From the IMG/VR virus record IMGVR_UViG_3300014775_001342, positions 1 through 29,660 of that record: a stretch of 29,660 nt of DNA. The stretch is one strand, 5' to 3'. The notes beneath the pieces are model-generated. The model did no database searches. It saw only the letters and a program-made list of their open reading frames with translations, and was not told the DNA's origin. Below, piece by piece: positions 1-9,594 of the stretch. Numbering within the stretch: the stretch's first letter is position 1; each line of letters begins with the position of its first letter. The position numbers and the translations under genes are program-made. The DNA is from a virus. Lineage: Duplodnaviria > Caudoviricetes.

Positions 1-164
1 TTCATAACATCTGTTGATTGCTGTCCGTACAATGGTTCTCGCTGTGCGAATGGTTGCGCTTTTTTACCTGCTATTTTAGCTAATATTTCGCTTAACTTGT
101 CTTTGCCGCCAAATCTTTTTGTACCTGCTCTTGACTTGCTCATGTTTGGTTCAAAGATTGCCAT
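1..164 (-). CDS. Truncated ORF (runs off the window), probable internal virion/ejection protein
   Basis: ATG at 164 preceded by GAGGAAG; open to the window edge (MAIFEPNMSKSRAGTKRFGGKDKLSEILAKIAGKK...); not in the ORF track. Function from position only. Confidence 0.6.
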   Translation of the reverse strand, partial: MAIFEPNMSKSRAGTKRFGGKDKLSEILAKIAGKKAQPFAQREPLYGQQSTDVM

Positions 165-173
165 AACTTCCTC

Positions 174-671
174 TTAACTGAATATCTGTGTTAATAATCC
201 ACCTTTCGGTATTGGTGTTGGTTTGTTTGCCATTTGCATTTTAGCAAGTGACATAACATCATTACCTGCCAAACTAGCATAGGCTAATGGTAAAGAAGTT
301 TGCAAAAATGATTGTCTCTGTATCTCCTGTCCTTCTCTAACCATCATTTGATCTTTAACACTGTCATTTAAAACAGTTTCCATATCTTGTTTTGTTTGTT
401 TAATACCTTGTTGATCGCCACCTGCCATTCTAGTCATTGCACCTAATGCACGACTACTTGAGCGCAATCTTTTTCTTGGCTTGTCGAATTGCTTTGCCTC
501 AAGACCTTTTTCTCTACCTGCTTTTATTCTTTGAAATGCTTCTCTGGCTTCTTTCCCATAATCTAGATCAGCGGTAACTTTTTTGGCTTCTTCTGCGCCA
601 ACTTTCATTCCTGCCACTCTTTCTTCTTTAATTCTATCCAGTATTTTTCTTTGTTCTTGTCTTCTAATCAT
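174..671 (-). CDS. Putative internal virion (ejection) protein
   Basis: Charged, Q/A/M-rich helical composition; lies downstream of the tail nozzle gene, where podoviruses place ejection proteins. Confidence 0.5.
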   Translation of the reverse strand: MIRRQEQRKILDRIKEERVAGMKVGAEEAKKVTADLDYGKEAREAFQRIKAGREKGLEAKQFDKPRKRLRSSSRALGAMTRMAGGDQQGIKQTKQDMETVLNDSVKDQMMVREGQEIQRQSFLQTSLPLAYASLAGNDVMSLAKMQMANKPTPIPKGGLLTQIFS

Positions 672-680
672 GATTAATTC

Positions 681-1322
681 CTAAAATAAGCCGCCGAAGA
701 TAGTACCTAGTAGACCTTGTCTTGGACTAGGTGCAGGTTGACTCGCAATATTTAACAACTCTCTACCTGTCTGTATTCCACCTCTTAATCCACCATATTC
801 AATTTGCAAAGATTCTCTAAGTAATTGTTGTTTTCTCAGCGAACTAGATAGCAATTCTTCATCACTCATTTGTTGCGCTGCTTCTCTTGCCGCTATATTT
901 CCGATTCCTTGTTGATATGTTTCTGTTAATTGTTGACCTGCTTCTTTTCCTCTTACACCAGTTCCTGCTAACGCCGCACGCCTTGATCTCATTGCGCTTC
1001 TCATCTTCGATTTTTCTTCTAATAACTCACCTTCACTGAGCCCACGAGCCGTTTTTGCTTTGAGTCGTTTGGTCCTTTCTTCCTGTTCTTTTTTTATGTC
1101 GGCTCCACCAAACTTTTCTTTAATTTTAATATTTTCTTGCTCTCTTTTTCTGGCTTCGGCTATATCTGCTGCATACTGAGCATTTATTTGCTTTCCCCTT
1201 TCGCCAAAATGAAGTTCGAGGTCAACACTAGAGTCACCTCCTACCATTTTTAGCTCATGAGGACTAAGGTCTTTTTTAATTCCGTATTTTTCTGCAATCT
1301 GTCTATCACTAAGGTTAACCAT
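681..1322 (-). CDS. Putative internal virion (ejection) protein
   Basis: Helical E/K/Q/R/G-rich protein (RRAALAGTGVRG), Gly-rich hydrophobic C-terminus, GGAG RBS, synteny. Confidence 0.55.
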   Translation of the reverse strand: MVNLSDRQIAEKYGIKKDLSPHELKMVGGDSSVDLELHFGERGKQINAQYAADIAEARKREQENIKIKEKFGGADIKKEQEERTKRLKAKTARGLSEGELLEEKSKMRSAMRSRRAALAGTGVRGKEAGQQLTETYQQGIGNIAAREAAQQMSDEELLSSSLRKQQLLRESLQIEYGGLRGGIQTGRELLNIASQPAPSPRQGLLGTIFGGLF

Positions 1323-1330
1323 TATTTCTC

Positions 1331-1705
1331 CTATAAAAAGATAAGCAGTTTTACCTCTTTACTTTTACTTGAGTATAAATCATTATCAAGCACAAAAGAT
1401 ACCTTGTTGTTCGTCCATTCAGTCTCACCTCTAAGAACACCTGCCACACCATTTACCACTAAAAACATAGAAGGAATTGCACCTAATTTATGATCCACTA
1501 AAACCTCTGCACTATCACTTGCTGTTAAAGTAAGCATTTCTGCCTTAAAATTATCCGTAAACTTTAAACTTACAATTCCGTTGTTAAAATCTGCGGCAAA
1601 GTCGTTCCATCTCTCAGCGTCTTTTTCTTTTTGAAATTGTTCTTCTAGTGAGATCCTCTCAGACTTCACTGGCTTTATTTTTATAATATCTCTGAATATC
1701 GCCAT
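1331..1705 (-). CDS. Small tail-associated protein
   Basis: TAATG-coupled to the nozzle gene; beta-rich C-terminal half with HKLGAIP (HxLGxxP) motif common in virion proteins. Confidence 0.5.
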   Translation of the reverse strand: MAIFRDIIKIKPVKSERISLEEQFQKEKDAERWNDFAADFNNGIVSLKFTDNFKAEMLTLTASDSAEVLVDHKLGAIPSMFLVVNGVAGVLRGETEWTNNKVSFVLDNDLYSSKSKEVKLLIFL

Positions 1706-4170
1706 TACTCTTTCATCTTCTTGTATGATGTTTCGTATTCAATTTCCCAACCTGTTAATGAGAAATCTTCATTTTCATTATTATTACTAAACCGTACAGC
1801 GAAAGAGTGAGCCTTATTGTCACCTGCTAATACTTTAACTTTATCAAACCTTTGCGCCGCAGTAAAACTTATAATGCTGTTAGTCTTAATCACATTATCT
1901 ACCCAATCCTTGAACGTCTGTACCGTTATGTCAGAATCAACAGCAGTTAATGCAAAAGCCTTTACATTGATAAATTTCTTAGGGATAGATGGCTCTCCTA
2001 AGTTCTCAAAATTACTTAGAATATATGCGTCTATTGCACCAGATGCAGGAGCTTTGTAGTCGTCATTTCTAGCAGATTGCTCTATTAATAACTGAGTTCC
2101 GTTACCCATGTGTAGTTTATTTTCAAAGTATGCCAAACCACCAGAGGCAGGAGTATCCCAAACCGTCCAAGCATCAAAGTCTTGGTTATAAACAAACATT
2201 CTGCTTCCACCACCCATTATCGGTATGTGCAGGTAGTAGCTCTCATCAGGTAGTGAGTAAGTGCTAGTTGCCTTGCTTTTCTCAAGGTTTGCTTCTAGGA
2301 ACAAAGGAGTAATTGCTTCACTGACGTTTCTTGGTGCGCCACCACCGACCACGCCATAAACCCCTCGTTCAGAGAGAAAAAAGACAAGACCACCTACTTC
2401 TTGAACCGAACCGTGCGAAACACAACCAATCTCACTTCCGTGGTATTTATCAACCCTAAATGCACCTGCTAAAACATTACCTGATATAAAATGTATGCCT
2501 CTTTCTTTGAATACAATAAGTTGATCGTTATGACTGTGTAATGCGGTAACATTCCCGTCATGGTCATCACCAACAGTTAATACATTTCCACCTAGTGTAA
2601 AGTTTTCTAGTGTAGCAAAACCGTCTGTACTACTAAAGGCAACATCAAGAGGTCTGTCTTGAAACAAAAAAGATCCATCTGATTTTTCTATTCTATCTTT
2701 TATGCCACCTTGGAAAAGTAAACCTTTGTGAAACTCTATGTATTTTGATCTGTATGGAGGTATATTTATATTTTCTCTACCAATTAAAGAATCGCCACTA
2801 ACATCTCGCAAGCCTCTATCAACATAAGTAATTGTTGTAGAACTATCCATTCTGATTGGTAATGACTCTAAATAAAAGTTATCACCAAAACCTGCCCCAG
2901 TGTCAGCGGCTCTATAAACATTCATTAACATATTACTAATATAAGTTGTTCCATTTATTTCAACTCTAGGTATAACATATACGTTCAGCAACCTATCATT
3001 ATTAACTGTAATACTTGTTGCCGTTGTTGATGTGACTTCAAAACATTCCCAAAGATTATCTTCGGGAAAAGCACCGCCGCCTTGTCCAAATAATATGAAC
3101 CCTGTTATCGTATGTTGTAAATATACTTTATCACCTGCTGAAATTGTATGACCTGCTGAAACTGGTATAGTAATTACTGATGAATTATCACTAGAACCCC
3201 AAGCGACAGGGTATCTATCAACTACTTCTGCATAGGCATTATTAAAACCGTCTATGGTAGTGTTGAGAGCATTTGGAAATTCAGATGTGTTTTGATATAC
3301 AGGGTAAACGTCCATACTAATTTGTGAGCGATTCGTTACCACATCAAATGTAACACTTGAGGCATCTGAAATAATTGTATTTTTTTTGGCATCGGTGTAT
3401 TCGTACTCAAAGCTGTATTTATAATTAGCAACTGCTAAAGTGCCAGTGTATCTAGAAAGGTTAGAAGAAAAATCCCAGTCAATAGCCGTACCTGTAGAGA
3501 GTACAAGTTCAAAAACATAACTGTCTCCAATTATATCAATAACTCTATGAATATTATCATTATCATCATATATTAAATCATTTACGTTTATAAAACCTAC
3601 GTTTAGAGGAGTTGATGCACCTTTTGATACGTTTGTAATTTCATTAACTTGAGAATCCCTCTGCCAATCTCCTGAGCCCGTGTCGTAAATAGTAGCTTCA
3701 CCAAGGATTCCAAAACTATATCTCTGTCTGGAAGGATTTTCTGCATAAGAAGTCGGTAATCCTGCTTTGTATATTTTGTTACCATCATACTTGAGAAGTT
3801 CTTTATCTTCTTTTGCAATATAAATTACACCATTAACTTCTGCCCAATCGGTTATTTGATTACTGGCTCCCGATAACGGATCTACTTCTACCGTAGTGAC
3901 TGCACCTTGATTTACACCATTCTTCCAAACAACAGGAGTAGGTGATAAAACCAAAAGTTCTTCTTCTGTGTGATACTCTGCCAATCCATCTAGAAAAGTA
4001 ATTGTCTCAGCTATCGCTAAACCTGCTCTTTTTCTATATGAAATGTCATTGTTATTGTTATCTTCTATGTAAACATTTAAAGCATCTCGTAAATAATTAG
4101 AGTCTTTTTGAAGATCGTTTCTTCTTACGTCTATACCTTTAAATGCGGTGAATCTTTTTAATTGAGCCAT
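1705..4170 (-). CDS. Tail tubular protein B / nozzle (T7 gp12 / P22 gp10-like)
   Basis: 821 aa, beta-propeller-like; N-terminal FKGID...DALNV; IGCVSHGSVQEVGGLVFFLSERGVY motif; follows the adaptor gene. Confidence 0.8.
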   Translation of the reverse strand: MAQLKRFTAFKGIDVRRNDLQKDSNYLRDALNVYIEDNNNNDISYRKRAGLAIAETITFLDGLAEYHTEEELLVLSPTPVVWKNGVNQGAVTTVEVDPLSGASNQITDWAEVNGVIYIAKEDKELLKYDGNKIYKAGLPTSYAENPSRQRYSFGILGEATIYDTGSGDWQRDSQVNEITNVSKGASTPLNVGFINVNDLIYDDNDNIHRVIDIIGDSYVFELVLSTGTAIDWDFSSNLSRYTGTLAVANYKYSFEYEYTDAKKNTIISDASSVTFDVVTNRSQISMDVYPVYQNTSEFPNALNTTIDGFNNAYAEVVDRYPVAWGSSDNSSVITIPVSAGHTISAGDKVYLQHTITGFILFGQGGGAFPEDNLWECFEVTSTTATSITVNNDRLLNVYVIPRVEINGTTYISNMLMNVYRAADTGAGFGDNFYLESLPIRMDSSTTITYVDRGLRDVSGDSLIGRENINIPPYRSKYIEFHKGLLFQGGIKDRIEKSDGSFLFQDRPLDVAFSSTDGFATLENFTLGGNVLTVGDDHDGNVTALHSHNDQLIVFKERGIHFISGNVLAGAFRVDKYHGSEIGCVSHGSVQEVGGLVFFLSERGVYGVVGGGAPRNVSEAITPLFLEANLEKSKATSTYSLPDESYYLHIPIMGGGSRMFVYNQDFDAWTVWDTPASGGLAYFENKLHMGNGTQLLIEQSARNDDYKAPASGAIDAYILSNFENLGEPSIPKKFINVKAFALTAVDSDITVQTFKDWVDNVIKTNSIISFTAAQRFDKVKVLAGDNKAHSFAVRFSNNNENEDFSLTGWEIEYETSYKKMKE

Positions 4171-4173
4171 ATT

Positions 4174-5067
4174 TTACCAAATTAAATAGTCTGTAGATGA
4201 TATTGGCACATGAACAACATCGCCATTATTGTCTTTGAATAGATCAATTATATCCTTTTCCATTGCACTTACCAAGGAAGATTGTGCCGTAGTGTCTGCC
4301 GATGAATCACGCATGAATATTTTCATCTCTGTATAAGATATTAAATAATGTTCACATAAGTCGGGCAGCTCTGAATGAGTTGTACTATGACCACCAAGCA
4401 AAACAAAATCATCAAGAGCAGCGTTGCTAATATCTGTAGAGGTAGTGATAACACCTGTACCACTATTCCAACCCTCCATAGCAACATCATCAACCTTTGA
4501 TACACCATTTTTATCAACAATAGTGAGAAAGTCAGCATCGTCAAAATCTGTGGCATCACCAAGAACAGATACTGTAAGAGGTGATAGGTTTGTAATTTTG
4601 CCTCTACGAATACCGAGATCCCGTAATTTCCCTGCATAAGTAATCCTAAGACCTTTATTATAAGTTCCCTGTGCCGTTGGAGATATAATAATATCTTTAT
4701 CCCTAACTATATAACCATAACCTGTAGTTCTTTCTTTTGGTGAAATAAACTTCAACGGATAATAAATATCACCTTGTGTTCTCTCAACCATTCTTAATGA
4801 ATTAAACAGTAATATTCTAGGTTTAAAACTATCGCCGTTTTCATCAACCATATTCTCTAAGCTGTATGTATCAGTTGTTGGTACAAGGTTTATGAATCCT
4901 TGTCTTTCAAAAAAACCTGTTTCAGGGTGAGCTTTTTGTATTAAGTTCTGCAATCTGTCTTGAGCATCATTCATATATTGCTCAAATTCAGCAGTTGATA
5001 TACCTGCTAAATCATTATTCTCAGTTGCTCTGCGAACTTGCTTTATTAAAAACTCAATTCTTCTCAT
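4174..5067 (-). CDS. Head-tail adaptor / tail tubular protein A
   Basis: N-terminal LIKQVRR...YMNDAQDRLQNLI helix pair, central beta region, C-terminal LPDLCEHYLISY; directly upstream of the nozzle. Confidence 0.75.
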   Translation of the reverse strand: MRRIEFLIKQVRRATENNDLAGISTAEFEQYMNDAQDRLQNLIQKAHPETGFFERQGFINLVPTTDTYSLENMVDENGDSFKPRILLFNSLRMVERTQGDIYYPLKFISPKERTTGYGYIVRDKDIIISPTAQGTYNKGLRITYAGKLRDLGIRRGKITNLSPLTVSVLGDATDFDDADFLTIVDKNGVSKVDDVAMEGWNSGTGVITTSTDISNAALDDFVLLGGHSTTHSELPDLCEHYLISYTEMKIFMRDSSADTTAQSSLVSAMEKDIIDLFKDNNGDVVHVPISSTDYLIW

Positions 5068-5579
5068 GACAACCCTCTACCTAAAACATTTATAATTCTA
5101 TTATATGCTCTGTCTTGTCTGTCTTGTGTTTCACTGATTGCGTTCATTGTCTCTGATCGCATTCTCATTTCATCTTGTATCTTTGCCATTCTTAACTGCT
5201 GCGCATTACTAATTGCACCTGCTACCAATGATCCTGCCACGCTAATTCCTGCAGCTTGTGCTTCTGGTGATGAAAATAGACCTGCCTTATTAGGTAACAC
5301 TGGTGGTTTTTTAACTGCGTTTTTTAATCCTTGCCCGATTGCTGCACCTGTCGCTGCACTTGCTGCATTTCCTGCTACGTTTTGTGATGGCACGTTTGCA
5401 GGGGCTCTAGATGTAAAAGGATTTTCACCTTGAGAGCTTTGAAGAACATAATTTTTTGGTATTTGAAAACTTTTCATTGATGTATAAGGATCTTCACCTT
5501 GAGAGCTTTGGAGAACGTAGTTCTTTGGTGTCTTTTTAGCGGCTATTGCGCTTAATTTGCTCAATCTATCTTCTTTCAT
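5064..5579 (-). CDS. Probable virion protein with an internal 17-aa duplication
   Basis: A/G/Q-rich ejection-protein-like composition; GGAG RBS; 4-nt overlap with the adaptor. Confidence 0.55.
   Translation of the reverse strand: MKEDRLSKLSAIAAKKTPKNYVLQSSQGEDPYTSMKSFQIPKNYVLQSSQGENPFTSRAPANVPSQNVAGNAASAATGAAIGQGLKNAVKKPPVLPNKAGLFSSPEAQAAGISVAGSLVAGAISNAQQLRMAKIQDEMRMRSETMNAISETQDRQDRAYNRIINVLGRGLS
5409..5528 (-). repeat. Two copies of a 51-nt unit with 69-nt period encoding PKNYVLQSSQGE(D/N)P(Y/F)TS
   Basis: Copies at 5478-5528 and 5409-5459, visible in DNA and protein. Confidence 0.95.
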
Positions 5580-5581
5580 TG

Positions 5582-5773
5582 TTACTCCATTTTTTGCAGA
5601 AGTTTTTTAACATCTTTTCTTATTTCTTTAACTTCTTCGTAAAGAAGCTCATATACTGCTTGTTGTTTAGCAACATCAGCTTTTACGCCTTGAAAATCCC
5701 AAATAGCACCAATTATACCTAGTATTCCAGATATGATTAACGCTCCTGCTATTTTACTATACGCATCATTCAT
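5582..5773 (-). CDS. Small single-TM membrane protein, holin candidate
   Basis: IAGALIISGILGIIGAIW hydrophobic segment followed by a charged coiled-coil tail; directly after a fibre gene. Confidence 0.5.
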   Translation of the reverse strand: MNDAYSKIAGALIISGILGIIGAIWDFQGVKADVAKQQAVYELLYEEVKEIRKDVKKLLQKME

Positions 5774-5774
5774 T

Positions 5775-7871
5775 TTAAAATTCCGTTGTTTCTACATAGG
5801 TTTCTGGCATTTCACACAAGGTTGCAAAAGTTTCGCTTTTAGTACCATCACCTTCGATTCTCTGAGTAGTACCTGATTCGGTGTAATAAAGAGTTACAAA
5901 TGTCTCTACTGCTTTAAAAACATAGGCATTACTTCTTGTTGTGAACAGTCCAGTGTTTGCACCTTGAAGTTGATATATTCGCCCTATTTTATTCGTAAAA
6001 ACATTGTCATCAGCATTGAAAATTTCAACTAATACAGTGTTATTGGGGTCGGTGAAAATTTGAGATTGAACATATAATTTATAAAATCTACTAGCTTTTA
6101 AATTTGAAAATTTTAAATCATTTATATGACTGCCATTCGTTGTAATATCACCTTGTAAAATTTTAGTCTGGCATTTTGTTTGACTAGATTCTGCCAAAAG
6201 GTTTTTTACGATTGATTCTGTGTCAGGTAGTTCTTGTATTTCAATATGGTGATAATCTTCACTATCGAATAAAGTTCTTGCAAAAGGCTCTCGTAAGGAT
6301 AAACGCTGACCTTGTGTTAATGTTACCTGACCGACAAAAGATAAAATTGCATCACTCGGTGAATAAGAAACCCTTGTTTCAGTGCTTGCGCCATCAATGT
6401 AAACAACCGCCTGAGTCGTTGCAACTGTTGTGAATCTCATCATACCAGTAATTAAATAATTAGCTGTTTTTGGTGCAGTAAAGCCTGAGCCGTCCCAAGC
6501 GTTATACGGGTCTTCAACTTCTTCTGAGAAAACTATGTCAGTAACACCGCCAGTTAGCACGTCATTATTATTGCCCTCGGCTTTCACTCTTACCAACTGA
6601 CTGCTATTTATATTTTCAAATTTTCCAACAATGGTGGCTGATTTGTTGTAATCGCCAGACCTTGAACAATACAAGTTAAATTGTGAATCTGTATTAGTCC
6701 CATTCGATGTTTGTGTTACAATCGTAACACTTGAAGTTGTAGCTTGTGGTGATATTAAAGCTGAACTTGTACTATTAACTGGTGTTGCAACACAGTTTGG
6801 TGCGCTAGAAAAAACACCAGAAATAAAATTACAAGTTGCCACACCTGCACCTGCATTTGTACAGTCACCATCAATCCAATCAAAATTTTCATCAACAACA
6901 ACGTCTGTACCTGATACTTTTGCGCTAAATTCATTCGCAGTTTGAGCCGTTAGTTCAGTCTCTTGTGTAACGACTGTAGACTTTTCAGAAGACCAACCGA
7001 CAATGGGTACGATTGCCTGCATGGAAAATCTACTACCAGCAGTAGCACTCGAACCAGCTGTTTGTGTATAGATGTTTGTTGGTAGACTTGAAATAGAAAG
7101 AGCATTATTTAATCTTATATCGCCAGTAAAATAAGTTGTACCAATAGAAGCTGTATTTCCACTATCATACTTTAATTTAGTTGTATCTATTTCATAACCA
7201 GCTGGTAAGGTTGCACCTACATTGCCACCAGCACTTCCATTTGTTGCCATGTTAAAAGCAACTTGTATAATCATCTTGTCACCAATGCGTGACCAGCTAC
7301 CTTCAACGCCTGTAACTGTACCAGTACCAATACCAATAATTGTGGGTGTATAATCTATGGAATCAGTAATACTTGTATCTAGAGCCGTTGGTCCAACACT
7401 TCCCCAATTCAGTCCGTTGTAGCCTTCAAATGTGCCATTTTCGGAGTTATACCTTATCTGTCCTGCTACTGGTGAGTTAGGTCTTGCGGCGGTCGTTCCT
7501 GATGCGATCTGCATTGCTCCACTACCAGTCTGTGCCACTTCGTCTGCTACTAAATTGATATTTCCCAAAGGAGCAAGAAACAGGTTTCCTGAGGTGTCAC
7601 CATAGGGAAGTACAGTCCAATTTGATGAATCCCCACTGTCACTTTTCCAAAAGGGAATCCCCGTGTCCTGCTCGATGTATAAACTCCCAAGCCCTGCCTC
7701 CTTTGAAACAGCGTTGGGTTTATCAGCATCACCTGTCATTATCTTTACTTCATTTTCTTTAAACTTAAGATTATTTTTCAAAAGTTTGATGTTGGGACCG
7801 TTAAATATTGCACCTGCCCCAAACACATCACTTATTAAAATCAGTGCTAAAATTACAATCAATTTTCTCAT
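5775..7871 (-). CDS. Mosaic tail-fibre/adhesin-like protein with an apparent N-terminal signal peptide
   Basis: Fibre motifs QIASGTTAARP...GQIRYNSENGTFEGYNG.NW, YTPTI...WSRIGDKM, FSSAPNCVAT and C1q-like DPYNAWDGSGFTAPKTANYLI; N-terminus MRKLIVILALILISDVFG. Confidence 0.75.
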   Translation of the reverse strand: MRKLIVILALILISDVFGAGAIFNGPNIKLLKNNLKFKENEVKIMTGDADKPNAVSKEAGLGSLYIEQDTGIPFWKSDSGDSSNWTVLPYGDTSGNLFLAPLGNINLVADEVAQTGSGAMQIASGTTAARPNSPVAGQIRYNSENGTFEGYNGLNWGSVGPTALDTSITDSIDYTPTIIGIGTGTVTGVEGSWSRIGDKMIIQVAFNMATNGSAGGNVGATLPAGYEIDTTKLKYDSGNTASIGTTYFTGDIRLNNALSISSLPTNIYTQTAGSSATAGSRFSMQAIVPIVGWSSEKSTVVTQETELTAQTANEFSAKVSGTDVVVDENFDWIDGDCTNAGAGVATCNFISGVFSSAPNCVATPVNSTSSALISPQATTSSVTIVTQTSNGTNTDSQFNLYCSRSGDYNKSATIVGKFENINSSQLVRVKAEGNNNDVLTGGVTDIVFSEEVEDPYNAWDGSGFTAPKTANYLITGMMRFTTVATTQAVVYIDGASTETRVSYSPSDAILSFVGQVTLTQGQRLSLREPFARTLFDSEDYHHIEIQELPDTESIVKNLLAESSQTKCQTKILQGDITTNGSHINDLKFSNLKASRFYKLYVQSQIFTDPNNTVLVEIFNADDNVFTNKIGRIYQLQGANTGLFTTRSNAYVFKAVETFVTLYYTESGTTQRIEGDGTKSETFATLCEMPETYVETTEF

Positions 7872-7875
7872 TTAT

Positions 7876-9492
7876 TTACCCCAAAAAGTTTATAGCAATT
7901 TTACCAGAACTTATCGTTGATCCAGTTTCACTAACCAAATGAACTACCGTTGCAGATGGAATAGAAACCTCTACTTCACCACCTCCAAGTGGTAAATATG
8001 CAATCAAAGATCCACCACTTGTTTTAAGTGACATAAATTCACCAATATCTTCTATTATTTGAATCTTTTTAACATCAGCAGCTAATGATGCTACGACTTG
8101 CACACCACCACCTGTAGTAATATTTGTAACAGATGTATCAACTAATCCAGAATCTAAAAAATCCACTGGAGAAAAAGAAGCATTCTGAACTACTTGGTCA
8201 CTAGCAAGCGTAACAGATAAACTGTTTGCTTGAGTTTGTTGCCCCAATGCCGCAGGTAATTTACCGTCAATACTTGTTGTATCTCCTGCAATAGTTGAAG
8301 CATCAGTTGCAATGCTCGAAGTATCTGCATCAATAGTCGTAAGCAATGCTTCCAAACCATCAATCATAGCTTCTTGCTCAGAAGATAAAACCACTGCCAT
8401 TGAATCAGCACTAGCTTTCTGCCCTAAAGTAGCAGGTAGCTTGCCGTTTATTTGCGTAGTGTTTATTGCCGTTCCTAATGTATTTGTAACTATATCTGTA
8501 GTATCACCATCTATGCTTGATAAAGATGAATCCATACTAGAAAGAATGGCTTCTTGTTCTGTGGCAAAAACTACCGCTATAGATCCTGCTTTTCCGAATT
8601 GTCCTAATGCTACCTTACCGTTAAGACTCGAAACTTCGGTTCTAATCGAGGTCGTGTCATTGTCGATGGAAGTGAGAGATGAACTCATACCAGAGAGAAT
8701 TGCCTCTTGTTCCGTAGAAAGCACTGTAGGTAACGAACTAGCACTAGCTTTCTGACCAAGTGAAGCAGGAAGTTTTGCATCAATACTTGTTGTATCTGAA
8801 TTAATAGCATCAAGAGCAGCGTTGTCTTCTGTTGATAAAGCAACTGGTAAAGAACTAGCCTCTGCTTTGCTACCTGCTGTGAATAATACTGTGCCATCAC
8901 CTAACGAGATAGAATCGTTTGTATGATCTGATGATATGTTGAGGTCATTTGCTGTTATATTTACATCACCAGTTATATCTGTAAGTTTTACTGGTAATGG
9001 ATCGTTATTTGCAGGAGTGACGGTATCTTCATTAACTAATACTAATGAACCGTCTTTTTGAAATGTAAGACCACCAAATGTAACAAATATATCACCTTCG
9101 GCATTTGTTCTAGGGTGAACAGGTCTTAATATGTCTATTTCATCACCTGCCATCGGTAATGGCTCAGATGACTTTATAGTTTCAGCTAAAACAATGGTAT
9201 CAGAGTCTAAAACCTCCCACACTCTTATTTGTCTATGCTGTTGGCTTCCATTTTTAAAGTGAATTAAATCACCTTTCATTGCGCCATGTGACATAACTGT
9301 AAGTTTGAATATATCGCCATTATCTTCTGTTATAACAGCGTCAATTAAGTCAGCATCGCTAATTATTTGGTTATACATTGAAACATTAACGTCTAATGCG
9401 TGTCGGTTTTCACCAACTGGTTGAATTGTAACAAATTCAGATTTTAGTCGTTCGTCTTTTTTCTGGGAAGGATAGCCGCTATCTGTTGCCAT
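7876..9492 (-). CDS. Repeat-containing fibre-like virion protein
   Basis: Five LGQKAxAxSLxVxL(S/A)xEQ-type repeats separated by S/T/D-rich heptad linkers; GGAG RBS. Confidence 0.7.
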   Translation of the reverse strand: MATDSGYPSQKKDERLKSEFVTIQPVGENRHALDVNVSMYNQIISDADLIDAVITEDNGDIFKLTVMSHGAMKGDLIHFKNGSQQHRQIRVWEVLDSDTIVLAETIKSSEPLPMAGDEIDILRPVHPRTNAEGDIFVTFGGLTFQKDGSLVLVNEDTVTPANNDPLPVKLTDITGDVNITANDLNISSDHTNDSISLGDGTVLFTAGSKAEASSLPVALSTEDNAALDAINSDTTSIDAKLPASLGQKASASSLPTVLSTEQEAILSGMSSSLTSIDNDTTSIRTEVSSLNGKVALGQFGKAGSIAVVFATEQEAILSSMDSSLSSIDGDTTDIVTNTLGTAINTTQINGKLPATLGQKASADSMAVVLSSEQEAMIDGLEALLTTIDADTSSIATDASTIAGDTTSIDGKLPAALGQQTQANSLSVTLASDQVVQNASFSPVDFLDSGLVDTSVTNITTGGGVQVVASLAADVKKIQIIEDIGEFMSLKTSGGSLIAYLPLGGGEVEVSIPSATVVHLVSETGSTISSGKIAINFLG

Positions 9493-9529
9493 TCTCTGCT
9501 CCTTGTGGGCTTCTGTGTAATGTCATTTT

Positions 9530-9558
9530 ATAGTATCAGGAATTGTGTGCCGTATCAA
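9530..9558 (-). promoter_or_regulatory. Sigma70-type promoter for the 9492 gene block
   Basis: TTGATA (9558-9553), 17-bp spacer ending in TGA (extended -10), TACTAT (9535-9530). Confidence 0.65.
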
Positions 9559-9562
9559 TAAC

Positions 9563-9594
9563 CCTGAAAAGGGGCGTTACCACCCCTAATCAGG
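9563..9594 (-). terminator. Intrinsic terminator after the haloperoxidase
   Basis: GGGGUG-GUAA-CGCCCC hairpin (GNRA loop) followed by UUUU; outer CCUGA/UCAGG pairing; just after the stop codon. Confidence 0.8.
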
